A stretch of 63,348 nucleotides of DNA, counting the filler, from Trichosphaerium sp. ATCC 40318 (Eukaryota > Protista > Tubulinea): NCBI GenBank assembly GCA_038496445.1. It is 4 parts of 4 records of this genome, joined end to end, with 100 filler letters (N's around TTAATTAATTAA, not from the genome) between each part and the next. Parts side by side here need not be neighbours in the genome. Positions count along the whole stretch, not along the records: positions 49,927 to 62,161 come from JALMLS010000068.1; 3 more parts are not named here. One strand, written 5' to 3'. Every line of letters begins with the position of its first letter. Position 1 is the stretch's first letter. Position numbers and translations under genes: made by a program. The notes below the pieces were generated by a model that saw only the letters and a program-made list of their open reading frames with translations, did no database searches and had not been told where the DNA came from. Below, piece by piece: positions 49,933 to 61,276 of this stretch.

Positions 49933-50386
49933 TCAGTAACTTTTTTTATTAATAAAGGGTGACAAGCACTGATTTGGGAGGCTCTTAGCAACTCCACATG
50001 CTGCTTCACTCCAGCAACACCATTTATCACTTCTGATACGGAAACATAATGGAGATCCTGGGTAGCAGTATGCAGTTGAACCTTGAAAAAACGAAAAGTA
50101 AGTACAACCAACATTCGGATACCTGTTGTCATTGTTACGTACATTGACCGCGCTTTTCGCGACCGCGTTTACGCCATCCAGGAGGACACCATCCATTTGT
50201 GTCACAGGTTTCGCCACAGAACAATGGTCCTTGCTAAAGAAATGGTGTGAACAAGAATTCTATGTGGTAAGGAAAGGGGTGTACCTCAGTTGCTCTTTTA
50301 GCTCTTTCGTTGAGCTCATTAGATTGGACCGCCAAGGCGAAAGTTAAAGCCGCAAGTACAAAGACAATAAGAGTAGTAGTTTTCAT
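49933..50386 (-). CDS. 113-aa secreted Cys-rich prepropeptide (signal peptide, RAKR site, 10 Cys)
   Basis: Exons 50386-50285, 50233-50143 and 50081-49933, with GT-AG introns of 51 and 61 nt, splice in frame to MKTTTLIVFVLAALTFALAVQSNELNERAKRATEQGPLFCGETCDTNGWCPPGWRKRGREKRGQCSTAYCYPGSPLCFRIRSDKWCCWSEAACGVAKSLPNQCLSPFINKKSY. Confidence 0.8.
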
Positions 50387-51799
50387 CAGGGTTTATGTTG
50401 AAGAATTCGTGAGGTGTTGTTTACGTTGGATAGTTTTGAGTTTTGTGATATTTTGAGAAGTGAACTAAATCACATTTATTCTTCTAGATTGCTGTTTCGC
50501 CTAAATATCTCATAGAGAAAAGTGATGCTGAAAAAATATGGTTAGAATATACCTAGAACGTTTAGTAGTTAAACTACAATGATATTTCGAGTACTTCTCT
50601 TTGCTCTTTGGTATGTATTTCGTGAAAAATTCCAAGTTTTTTGGTTTACGGTAAAGTTCTTAGCATAAAAAGTATGTTGTGATCTTGTTTGTAAAAATAT
50701 GTGATGCAACAGTGACGATATAAAAGTAGGTAGCACAGTGCTGGTTTTGTCTTAGCCCATCAACAAAAACCAGGTAACCTTTTGTCTACTTCAACTACAA
50801 GTCCTATGTCCCTTCTGCGTACAAACCCTATTACAGCGAAAATAAGAGTATTGATGACTTCTCGCAGTATGATAAAGCACAAAAGCTGTTGTGACTTTGT
50901 AGCGAATCAATACAGTCAAAATAATACATTCTCTGCGCTCGCTAAGTTGTATGATGATCTCTCTAATAACTGCGAGAAGTACACTGATCACAAAGCATAG
51001 CTCTTGTTTAACGGGGTGTAATGGGGAAATCAACAACTCTGAGGTGAAGTGTTGACGCAAACAATTTTCATGTTAAGATCATAATTTCAGCCGACTTCAC
51101 GATGGCTCTACGTGTGAAGTGAAAAAAAGAGACAACTTTTTTTGAGCGCCTTGCCACTGTTTAACCATTGGCGTGTACTCTAACTTATTTTTAACAGTTC
51201 ACTGAAATTTTTCAGATAAATTGCATAGGTTTCAAAAAACAAATGTAAGTTGTGATGTTGTTGACTTTGTTTACAACAAAACAAGGATAGAAAACGAATA
51301 CTGTGCAAGCTGATATTGTGCTTTGCGTTTTTATTCTGTGGTCAAACTACACATGGTGGTTATTACGCGACCATTACTTTTTCTTATGAGGTATGGCTTC
51401 AGTGTTTGTACAAGTAGCATTTTTTATCTCTCAGCGCCTATTCGTGATAATCACTGCGCTTGCAATCCTGTGGGGTGTCGTACATGTCATGTCATTTTAT
51501 ATGGACCAAGTGTCGAGAGCAGGAGTTGTACCGTTTTGTAATTCATTAAGGCTTATAAAGTTGGTCTTTACAGCAACATAGTGCCATCCATGGTACACTA
51601 CACAAAACCTGCTATTGGATTCGCTATTAATACTAAAGGCGTTTAGTAGTCGCCGCGATACAAGACCCTCAAAGTATAGTTTGTGCTCCTGATATGAGAA
51701 TTTATTCAGAAAGCGAAAAGTTGCGTGGTTTTACAACCTACACGTTGGCATGATTTAAGTGAAAACTTCAACACAATTTTGTATACTTATAACACAACC

Positions 51800-54700
51800 A
51801 TGGCAACTCCTAGAATTATGTTCAAAACGCAGTTTAAGGGTATAAAAATTACAAGGGCTAAAAAAACGCCTATTGGCAAAGGATTTTCAGCGTCTATTGT
51901 TGGAGCAACTATTGATGGCGTAGATGTTGCTATTAAGGTGATTTTAGTAAACGTTGAGCTAAATTAAAAGTAATTATAGCAAACAAACCTTAAAAAGGTG
52001 TCTAAACTCTCCGGAGGTGTTCAATACTCCCATTTAGTACGTGGTACACTTTGTTAGCGCATTAGATCGTATTGAATCTCTAATTCTAACCAGGACGAAT
52101 TTAAACGAGAGTTGCGCGTACTGGAAGCTTGTTCTCATCCAAATATCATCAAATACTATGGTGGTTGTGTCGTTTCCCAAAAAATGGGTTATCTTGTTCT
52201 AGAACGATCAAAAACTGATGCATTCCGCGTATTAGAAGCGACAAGACGCTTTCCAGTGTAAGTAACACGTTTAAAGTTGAGTTTCCATTAACAGCATCTA
52301 GTGCTCACAGCGTATCGAAAAACTGGCTCTCGATACTTCTAGAAACGGCTGTAGCGCTTCAATACCTCCACGAGTAAGCGAGAGTTCGAATGATTTTGTT
52401 TCTAAAAACAATCTAATTGTAGCGTTGTCGGCGTGTATCATCGTGATCTTCACTTGATGAACGTACTTTTATTCTCTCACCCTGAAGGAGGTTTTACAGC
52501 GAAACTAGCAGGTACTTTTTTTGGTTTACTTTTGACAGTGTCACGTGGTGATAAAGGTTGTTAGTAACTTTAGTTTTTAGACTTTGGTGGCAGTTTATTT
52601 AAAGATGATGATCCTTTGTCTTTTACTGGCCATATGAGAATGTCAGCGCCAGAGGTTCTAAGACCACGTATTGAACGTCTTCCTATTGAAGGTTATACCA
52701 CAAAAGCTGATGTATATATGTTCTCTATGTGCCTTTATGAAGTGCTAGAAGGGTTCAAAGGACCAAAGTGCGATTTTCTTATTTTTTTGTTTGTTTGTTG
52801 TTGAGTGTTTGCTGGTGTTCTAATTGTGTTTCTCAAGGCGGGTTTTCATTGATACAGGCAATGTAAAAGATGTTGCTTTCCGTATTGTTAGCGGAGAAAG
52901 ACCTGAAGTTACTCAAGTAGAACAAAAAGACTATTGCAACCTTCTATATAATTGTTGGGATCATGATCCTTCTAAGCGCCCTGAGTTCTCAGAAATTATT
53001 GCGCGTCTTCAAAGTTTGATCGAAAAACGAGAACAAGTACGTCATCACTTGATTATTATTATAAAGAGAATCACGGCTGTCAACGCTATTCATCACGTTC
53101 ACAAAAGATTTTTCTTTGAAAAAGAAAAACAAAGTAAGAATTAAATAAGATTAGACACATCCTGAAGATAAACCGATAGAGATACATACAAAAAATGAGT
53201 TTAGAAGTGTCACTGGTACACCTACTATTGTTGGTAATACAAAGCCACGTAACCTAAAGAATAATCATACTTTACATTTATACAGGACAGATGAGGTACG
53301 TTTTGTGTGGTTTAATTTTTTTCGAAAGTTCACACGTGTGTTAGGTAATGTCTTGCCTACAAAAAGCTATTAGACGTTCGGATCCAAAAAGTGCTTGTTA
53401 TTGGGCTGCTGAGTTTGATCAGTCTGGTATGGGTAGGCGAGCTATAGACAGATTAACAGTTATTGCATCTGAAGGTATACAATATATTTATTGTTTCTTT
53501 TACGAGCCTTGTTAATGTTGCGTTATAGACTTATCCCTCACTGCTGTTTCTTTGCCTACAAAGATGCTTGATTTCCATAAAAGATGGTTGCAATTAAACT
53601 ACCAAGCTGGAAATAAAGGATACGAAGATAACGACGCAAGAACAGTGTTATTAAGAGCAGCTCATCTTCTTGCAAGTCTGCCAAAATGTCGCGTTACTAA
53701 CGATGTACGTCAATCATCACCATCAATGCTCTTAGCATTAATATGTTTCTAGGTATGTGGTATGAGTTTATTACAAGTCAGAGAAAGAATTAAAGCAGTA
53801 GAAAACGGCAAGATGTCTCTCAAGGAAGCCTATTTGACGCCAGTTAAGCCACAAATGATACTTCAATTAAGTGGTTTGATTCTCGAAGCTCAGAAAGACT
53901 CAAAGAAAGAACCAGATGCTATCTATTTAGTTCAACGTATTTATATGGTAAAAGATGCTAAAGGAAACTCTATGTGGGAGGAACACTTGTGGAAAGTATA
54001 CAGAAAGATGGAAGCCTCTGAAGCTTCAAAAAAAGCAATAGATGCCCTCTATTCAATGAATAAAAAAGCGATTGGTGGAGGGTCTGGATGTCGTCTACGT
54101 GTATTTCACGCACTGTTGCTCCTTACTAGACAAGCTTACCTTATCGATGAGCCTCTTACAGAGGTACTTAAAGTGTAGTGGATTGAAACTTAGTTTATTT
54201 AGATTAATGTGGCTCCTTCATTGATGTCATTTTGTTATCCTCCTGAAGATGATATATTAGCTGGTAGACATCCTGAAGGTATACCAATGTATGCTATAGA
54301 TAGACACACAAAAAGAGGTACGGTCAACACGCATTAAAGAGATCAGTATTGGTCTCTAGACTTCTACCACCAGATGTTGGTTTTTTTCTTATTTTATGTT
54401 TAGGTAAGGGTGGAAAAGAAGATGATACTTATAAGTATGGCATTGACACCACACATGATATTGTCAATGTTGCTTCAAAACGTGGTATAGATATTAGTTC
54501 TTGGTCGGATGAAGAACGTGCTAAATCACATGGTCCAGCTAGAAAATGGTTTAAAAATGAAAAACTTGGATCGCCAACTGTATGTTTTTCACGTGTTTTG
54601 TTGAAGACTTTTTCTTACTTTTTTAATAGCTGCTCCAACAGTTTTTTAATGAAGGTCAGTTGGTTACCAATGAACGTATTCCAGGAGACTATCCAGAGCA

Positions 54701-55100
54701 TAATAACTTGGCTCCAATATGTCCTTATCATGAACTTGCTATAAAGCTTTATATGGTAGTAGAGGAAGAAAGAGGGTAAGTTACAACAACTTGATGTGAA
54801 CTTTTTTTGGAAAACCAAGAAACACTTTTTTTTTCCGTGTAACCAAAACTGATGCTAACACTCCGGCACTTAGTTCTACGTCGTCAAAAAGTACATTTAT
54901 GATGAAACATCATATGGAGTTAGTAAAGGCGTTGAGGCTTAAGAATGTGACTACCAATCAAAAAGAACCCCAACCTTCTTCAACGAAAGTTCCAGAGAAA
55001 AACAAAACTGGTAAGAAAAAAAAAAGATCTAGAGTTCAAGGTGCTGGATGGTAATTACTAAAACTGTCTGTATCAGATCAGTAGCCTGAAAGTTCAATAA
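51800..55100 (+). CDS. TKL-like protein kinase, probably fused to an MgsA/RarA C-terminal-like helical domain
   Basis: Kinase: IGKGFSA, VAIK, FKRE, HRDLHLMN, DFG, SAPE, DVYMFSM, CWDHDPSKRP. Then DEVMSCLQKAIRRSDPKSACYWA..RLTVIASED..LASLPKCR..IPMYAIDRHTKRG. A phase-0 intron at 53037-53154 joins the two parts. Confidence 0.75.
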
Positions 55101-55395
55101 AATTACTAGTGAAGAACCAGTCTACTTTAGCCGCAAATTAAGCCATTATTGGAACGAAAGTGACATGTACATCACATGACCATAGACTTTTGTAAATTGT
55201 TATGTCACGTGTCACGTACCAGGTTAGCTCAAGTAAGTCAGTTACATAGAAACATCTACATTATAGAATTCAAGCATCAGTGGTGAAAACACTGAGTAAC
55301 GTTGTTCCATAGAACTGCAGCACTAAACTTCGAACAAGTTTGTTTTTTAAGGCGTTGCTTTATGTTTTTTCGTTTAGTTTCTTTTTTTACATTAT

Positions 55396-56440
55396 TTACA
55401 AGTCATCGTCAGATTCTATCAGTTCTGTCCAAGAAGTTATCTCCTTAGGTTCAGGTAAAGGTTTATCATCGAATTCTTTAGGTGGTGCATCAAAGCTAAG
55501 TGTTGTCATACGAGACTTTTTAGGAGCTGAAGGGCTGTTTGTCTTTATATGCTTCGGTGCTTTTGGTGCTTTTTTTTGCGCTAAAACATTAAAAGTGTTT
55601 TGGTCTTTTTGCCAACTATATGTAGGCTTCCAAACAGTTGGCATTGCTGGTTTTCTAGCTCTTGGTGCTGTTCTTGTATTTTGCTGTCTAGTTGGTCGTA
55701 GAGATTGTGTATCTTCAAAAGGCTAGTAGAAAGAAGGTGAGGAAAAACTTTTTCGAGAGAATAAAGTCGTTACCTTGAACCTAAATTTAGCAGCTCTTAG
55801 TCCATGTTCTGCGTGCTCCAAGTATTGCTTATCATCAAGAATAACAAGTGCACTATTATCATCTAACCATTGCAACATAACGTGAGCTTTTATGACAGCT
55901 AAAGCATCAAGAATGTGTTTGCTCTTAACCTATTTTAAAAAACAATCAGTAAACACTTTACGAGCGCCAAGTTTCTTTCTTGGGTAATAGATCTAATTTC
56001 GTACATTTTGTTGTAAGCCATAGACCATAAGTGTGACTCGTTTTGGTTCAAGTGATTGTGTAACAACATCAGCGCTAGAAAAAACAATGAGAAACACAAA
56101 GCATTTTGTATTTTTTTTTTTGAACTCTAAACTTACCCTCTTTTAGCTGCCCAAGGATTCGTTGGTTTAACAGGAGGTGGAGCTGACATTGACTCTGAAA
56201 GTAATACAGCAGGTCTATAAACAAATTAAGAATTTGCACTAAATAATGAAGGACTGACAGGTCAAGAAACAACAAAAAAAAAAGAGTTACCTTTCACTTC
56301 GTGGCGTTTTCTCAACAAGGAGTTTTGATGTCACAGAATTATCAGTCTTTCTTATTTGAATATTATAGTATCCAGCTAACTCATATAATATAGTTCTATG
56401 AATCTTTTGAAGAGGTGTAGTCTCAGTACGAAGAGCCATC
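55396..56440 (-). CDS. R3H-domain gene fragment (NFX1/R3H-type C-terminus), lacking its 5' part
   Basis: PLQKIHRTIIYELAGYYNI..KLLVEKT (R3H-like) and LQWLDDNSALVIL (RRM-like) exons. Starts directly at the MORN gene stop. Confidence 0.5.
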
Positions 56441-57196
56441 TACCCAAATGCACTGTGACTTTTGTTGTCCATTCTCATACCATTCTGTAGTTATACCATG
56501 CCGTCTATCATCTACCCACATGGATTGTGACTTTTGTTGTCCATTACTGTACCATTTCGTAGTTGTTCCATGCCGTTCATTATCTACCCACATGGATTGT
56601 TCCTTTTGTTGTCCATTATCGTACCATTTCGTAGTTGTTCCATGCTGTTTATCATCTACCCACATGCGCTGTGACTGTTGTTGCCCATTTTTGTGCCATC
56701 CTTTACTTTCACCATGTACTTTACCATCGACCCACATAAGCTGGTACTCAAGTTGACCATTTTTGTACCATCCTTTACTTTCGCCATGTCTTATACCATC
56801 GACCCACATAAGCTGGTGCTTAAGTTGACCATTTTTGTACCATTCTTTACTTTCACCATGTACTTTACTATCGGCCCACATAATTTGTGTCTGAAGTTCA
56901 CCACTTGCATACCATTGTTTGCGTTCACCATGTTGCTTACCATTGATGAGCGTATATGAGTACTTTAATTGTCCGTTTGTATACCATTCTTTGCCAGGGC
57001 CATTCACTACATGCTGATGTAACTGAACCTTTCCACTTTTGTACCATCGTATCCACATTCCTTTCTTTTGTAATGATTCATCATAATGAGTATTAATTGC
57101 AGCTCTCTTTGATAGAGTATGGAATTTTGTGAATGCTCCAGCGTTGAAAGTACAAATGTACATCTGAAGCTCACGTGGAATATCCAATAAATTCAT
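56423..57196 (-). CDS. F-box-like motif + MORN-variant repeat protein with near-perfect 24-aa repeats
   Basis: MNLLDIPRELQMYICTF, then ~7 copies of HGxxKxWYxNGQxxxQxMWVD. The 72-bp DNA repeats are still visible. Confidence 0.9.
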   Translation of the reverse strand: MNLLDIPRELQMYICTFNAGAFTKFHTLSKRAAINTHYDESLQKKGMWIRWYKSGKVQLHQHVVNGPGKEWYTNGQLKYSYTLINGKQHGERKQWYASGELQTQIMWADSKVHGESKEWYKNGQLKHQLMWVDGIRHGESKGWYKNGQLEYQLMWVDGKVHGESKGWHKNGQQQSQRMWVDDKQHGTTTKWYDNGQQKEQSMWVDNERHGTTTKWYSNGQQKSQSMWVDDRRHGITTEWYENGQQKSQCIWVDGSSY

Positions 57197-58646
57197 AGTA
57201 CCCAATTTACTTGATTTTTTCGACCTCTTGGCTGTTGAATACAAATAAATGTTAGAATACAAAAATAATTTATGGGTTAGCAAGAGAGCTCCAAATGGTG
57301 AAACGCTATCTTTGCTTGAATTTAATTCATACAGAAGCAAACACTGTCAGTGTTAAAAAAGCACCAAAACACGTGATTTCTGAGAAATAGAACACATGCG
57401 AAAACATCACTAAATTTCTTGAAAAGATAAACTCATTGAAAGTGGCTTTTGAAAGAGTGGATTTGATGTGTTTTACTTAAAATCGTGTTATTTCAGGTCG
57501 AACCTGAACTAATATTTGTTTTTGTAGCTAATCCACTTGTAAGTTTGTTAATTTCACTGTAACGCAACTAAACTTGTTGTATGCTGTGTTTTACGTACCA
57601 CAATTACTACTGGACCGATTACAATACGTTCAATAAGGAGTGGCACTACAAGACCTCCAGCTCTTATTGAGAAGAAATCTGTGCAACGTTGACTGTTTTC
57701 GAAAATTGAACGGCTTGTGTTGAAACGTTGAAGGGCACGAAAGATGAGAATATGTGTAAGAGACGTGGCCTTAGTTGTGGATATTACCGTATTTATTAAA
57801 GGTCATTATATAATTCAGAGAATACATAGTAATGTCATTATTGAGATAACATTAATCAGAGAATAGTAACGTATGCTGTTGCACGCTACATGTACCTACA
57901 TCGAAGTATCTTCTCTCGGAAGCCGGTGTTCTATCAAACCTGGTGAATGCGCTTATTGTCTTATTGGACGGACTTTATTACTCAGCCGCCTTTATACCTG
58001 TGGAAGCATGTGTGCTTAATTTTTTGGATAAGAAAGTTCTTGCAAGCACTTGACAGCATGTTATTTTTTAGACATTTTTTCATCACATAGTATTTTTGAG
58101 CCTTCTACCACGTCTGATGCGGTTTGCTACTGCCTCAGTCTTTTTGTGGTATATCTTTCTTACGAGCGTATCTCCAAGAGCAGTTGAAAGATTAATCGCA
58201 ACTAGTGCATCTTTGTGAGCTTGAGATCTGAATAGCGGAACTTTTACATGTAGTTACACTGTGTTTGATTCAGAATTTGTGTGGTCTTACCCAAGATGTT
58301 GCATAACTATAATACCATATTTATTTTTAAAGTGCGCCTTTAACATAACTATGATAGTGATTGGGGCACATAACAAGAAACTTGTATGACTTTGACCCTT
58401 TTGACAAATATCTACATTTTTTTTGTCGCCGTTTTGCTTTTGTCTGTTCGTAGGCGCTGTTTAGTCCGAAACGAAAACAATAGTACTAGAGCGCTGACCC
58501 GGTTTGTAAGTGGTAGTTTTGGAAAACAGAAATAATAGAAGTGGTTCGTGCGTGGACTTGTCCTTTATTTATAATTATACAATTTGTAAAAACGAACATC
58601 TTCTGTACAAGTTTAGATGTTCGAGTCTACTGAAGATGTTTCCACG

Positions 58647-59090
58647 TTACATGTCAACACCGTGCGCTTCACAAATGTCCAACCACCATTTGGGACCAAC
58701 ACTCTCCATTTCACGTGTGTAGTTTTCAAATATCTCCTCGCCGGCTTCAATGTCTTTCAAAGCGTACATACGTCCTAGTTTCTCATCGTAAGGCATAGTT
58801 TCATCATGACCAATGTTATTTTTAGTGTCATGGTGGTTTATATTACGACTTCCGTTCTTTTCATACATCACAATGCCATATGAAGCGTAAGTGTAACCCA
58901 GGAATGTAACTCTTTCTTCCTCCGGCATTGTTTTAAGTTTGTTCAAAAGTTGTTCTTTTGTATTGAAGATAATGTTGTCTCGAGGCCTCCAAACCCACAT
59001 TAGAGTACCCTTCGGTATAAAATGAGTTGCGAAAGCGCCATTACCGGCGTTTGGGATTGTAGATTGCTTGATGTCGAAAGCTATTTGCAT
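58647..59090 (-). CDS. Intronless stand-alone SET-domain protein (bacterial/viral-like minimal SET)
   Basis: STIPNAGNGAFATHFIPKG, RNINHH and YALKDIEAGEEIFENY are SET signature motifs. 147 aa, no pre-SET or post-SET zinc cluster. Confidence 0.9.
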   Translation of the reverse strand: MQIAFDIKQSTIPNAGNGAFATHFIPKGTLMWVWRPRDNIIFNTKEQLLNKLKTMPEEERVTFLGYTYASYGIVMYEKNGSRNINHHDTKNNIGHDETMPYDEKLGRMYALKDIEAGEEIFENYTREMESVGPKWWLDICEAHGVDM

Positions 59091-59578
59091 TTTTATTTGG
59101 GATGTGTTGTTGGTGATGTGTGTTTCAGTTTAACAAAAGGGTTTATGATATGTAACTATGTTGACCCGTTGGAGAACGTTATGTTCACAGTGCGTGATTG
59201 GTTGTGTTCCCGTGTTTAAGTATTATTCAGTGAATAATTCTGACCTTTCAACTGCTTTTGTTAACAATGGTATTCTAAAGGTGTATATAGCAATAAAACA
59301 TCTATGGCGAATTTAGTTTTTTGGGAGTTTTTGAAAACGCCTTTCCATTAACACTTTTCTTCAACTTTCCCCTTTCACCGAGCCTATCCTGTACATGTTG
59401 AACTTGTAACTTGTTGAACGGCCTTTTGGTGCTCTTACCTGGTCATGTTCTCTAGCGGAGAAATGGCGCAAAGAGTTTCGAAGAGTCGCTACACGTGTTA
59501 AATATCTGCTGTTTTTTCTGCACAATCACGTTTGAGCTTTTATGGTGACAATAATAGACCAACAACTAATTACACACT

Positions 59579-61123
59579 ATGGAGGATCTACCAATAGAAA
59601 TGGTTGTAGAATCATAACGATGCCAGCTTCTAACCTAAATTTACGTCATTAGGTATCAGAAATACTGTCACACGCGCGTAGCATTGCTGATATGGCTAGT
59701 TTCAGTAGTGTATCAAAAGTTTGGTTTGATGTAGTTTACTCAAATACAAATCTCATCAAAAGGCTCGCCAAGGAGCGCTACAAGGTTGGTATACTTGAAA
59801 CACCCAATGTTGGCTTACCAGGTCCTGTACGTACAATCAAACTAGTAGAAATTCGCCCTTACGTAGTTTAACAGCATAAATGGTGGCATATATTGCGTAC
59901 TATGGCGTCTGCACGTGTTTTGTTTTTAACCACCAAAGCAATTAGCAATCGTGTACTAGAAGACTTGAGACAGCGTATGATTGCGTATGGATTCAGGCAC
60001 GTGACGAGCGCAAAATAACGTCATCTTGTTGGACCAACTGACCCTAAAAAACAGATACGTTGACACTCTTGAGTTCAACCCTATTATTGCAACATATAAT
60101 ACAGAAGAAATTATTAAAAGGACTAAAGAGCAGGCATCTCTGATTTCTACTTATGACGTTGTTGTCAACTTCGCTGATGGAGATTGGCGTTATGCTGGCA
60201 TAGTAAGACCAATAATTGGCGATGTGTTAAGTGATATGGTTGATAGAGGATGTGGAGTTATTCAAGGGGTCTTCTCACACTGTAGCTTGCTGGAGAATGT
60301 TGGAGGCAGGTGGGATACGGGAAAATATGACCCGCTCTTTCCTTTAATGGCACATCTGTCTGGTAGACATCAGCTAAGGTTAACATAACACATGTTATAA
60401 CTTTTTACCAAGGTTTTCTTTTTATTGACTTTATTTTTAGAGGCTCGCATGAAATGAATGAAATTTTAATACCAGAGCATTTTGTCATGACAAACGTAAA
60501 GAATATTACATTTCACTACACAGGTAAATGATTTTATTCGACCCGTACTAAGAAAACAATGAGAAAAAAAATCATGTTTATTTTACTTCAGATTTCAATA
60601 CTGTTTTTGACTTTTATTCCATTGCAAAGCCTCTTTCTTCTACTACAAAGAGTCACCTATTATCCAGCTATCGCTTTCGACATAAAATATTATTATTACT
60701 TACTTACTACGCCCTTTACAGCACCCAGTGGTACTTTAAATCCAAAGGCTAAAGTGATTGCGAACGCAAAATTAGATGCTCCTTTCGCTGAACAGAATTA
60801 TATTATAGCTCCTCTAGTTATTGAACTCGATTGCTTTAAAGGACGTGTCATGTGTCTTAACTACTACCTTGCTTCAACTGATGGGTACAAACAATCTTCA
60901 TTAGTTCAAACAGTTCTACAAGTTCAAATCAATTTTTTTCCTTCTTCTTCCTATGACCGCAAGACACCTTTCCCACCATGGCACTAGAACTGTAATATTC
61001 TTATTTTATTTACGCTTGTTTAGGTACTTTACTGGATGGGGTACTAATACAGATGGAGGACGTTTAATTGCTAATTGTATAATATCTTGTTGTCCTTACA
61101 AAAAATTACCATGCCTGGCATGA
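59579..61123 (+). CDS. F-box protein with alpha/beta C-terminal domain, multi-exon
   Basis: MEDLPIEM|VSEILSH..SFSSVSKVW (F-box). YDVVVNF..GDVLSDMVDRGCGVIQGVF..GGRW suggests a class-I-GATase-like fold. Confidence 0.7.
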
Positions 61124-61276
61124 ATAAAAGCTATCAAAACTTCCTCCACAACGTGTCTTTATGATAGCCACTGTTCTCGTTACCAACACTACTCATTGGT
61201 CATGTCAGCGTTACCTGATAAACCACATACTACGCATAGTTAAGACGACAAGTTAATTTACTAATTTATTTTATTA

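Noticed and set aside
50578-51700. Possible saposin-like or membrane protein gene
   Set aside because: I could not assemble a consistent spliced frame or Cys pattern.
56448-56959. Cys/His-rich plus-strand repeat ORFs
   Set aside because: They are antisense readings of the MORN repeats.
8944-59090. A contiguous endogenous giant virus
   Set aside because: No capsid, packaging ATPase, polymerase or primase genes were seen. The virus-like genes are scattered among spliced host genes on different contigs.
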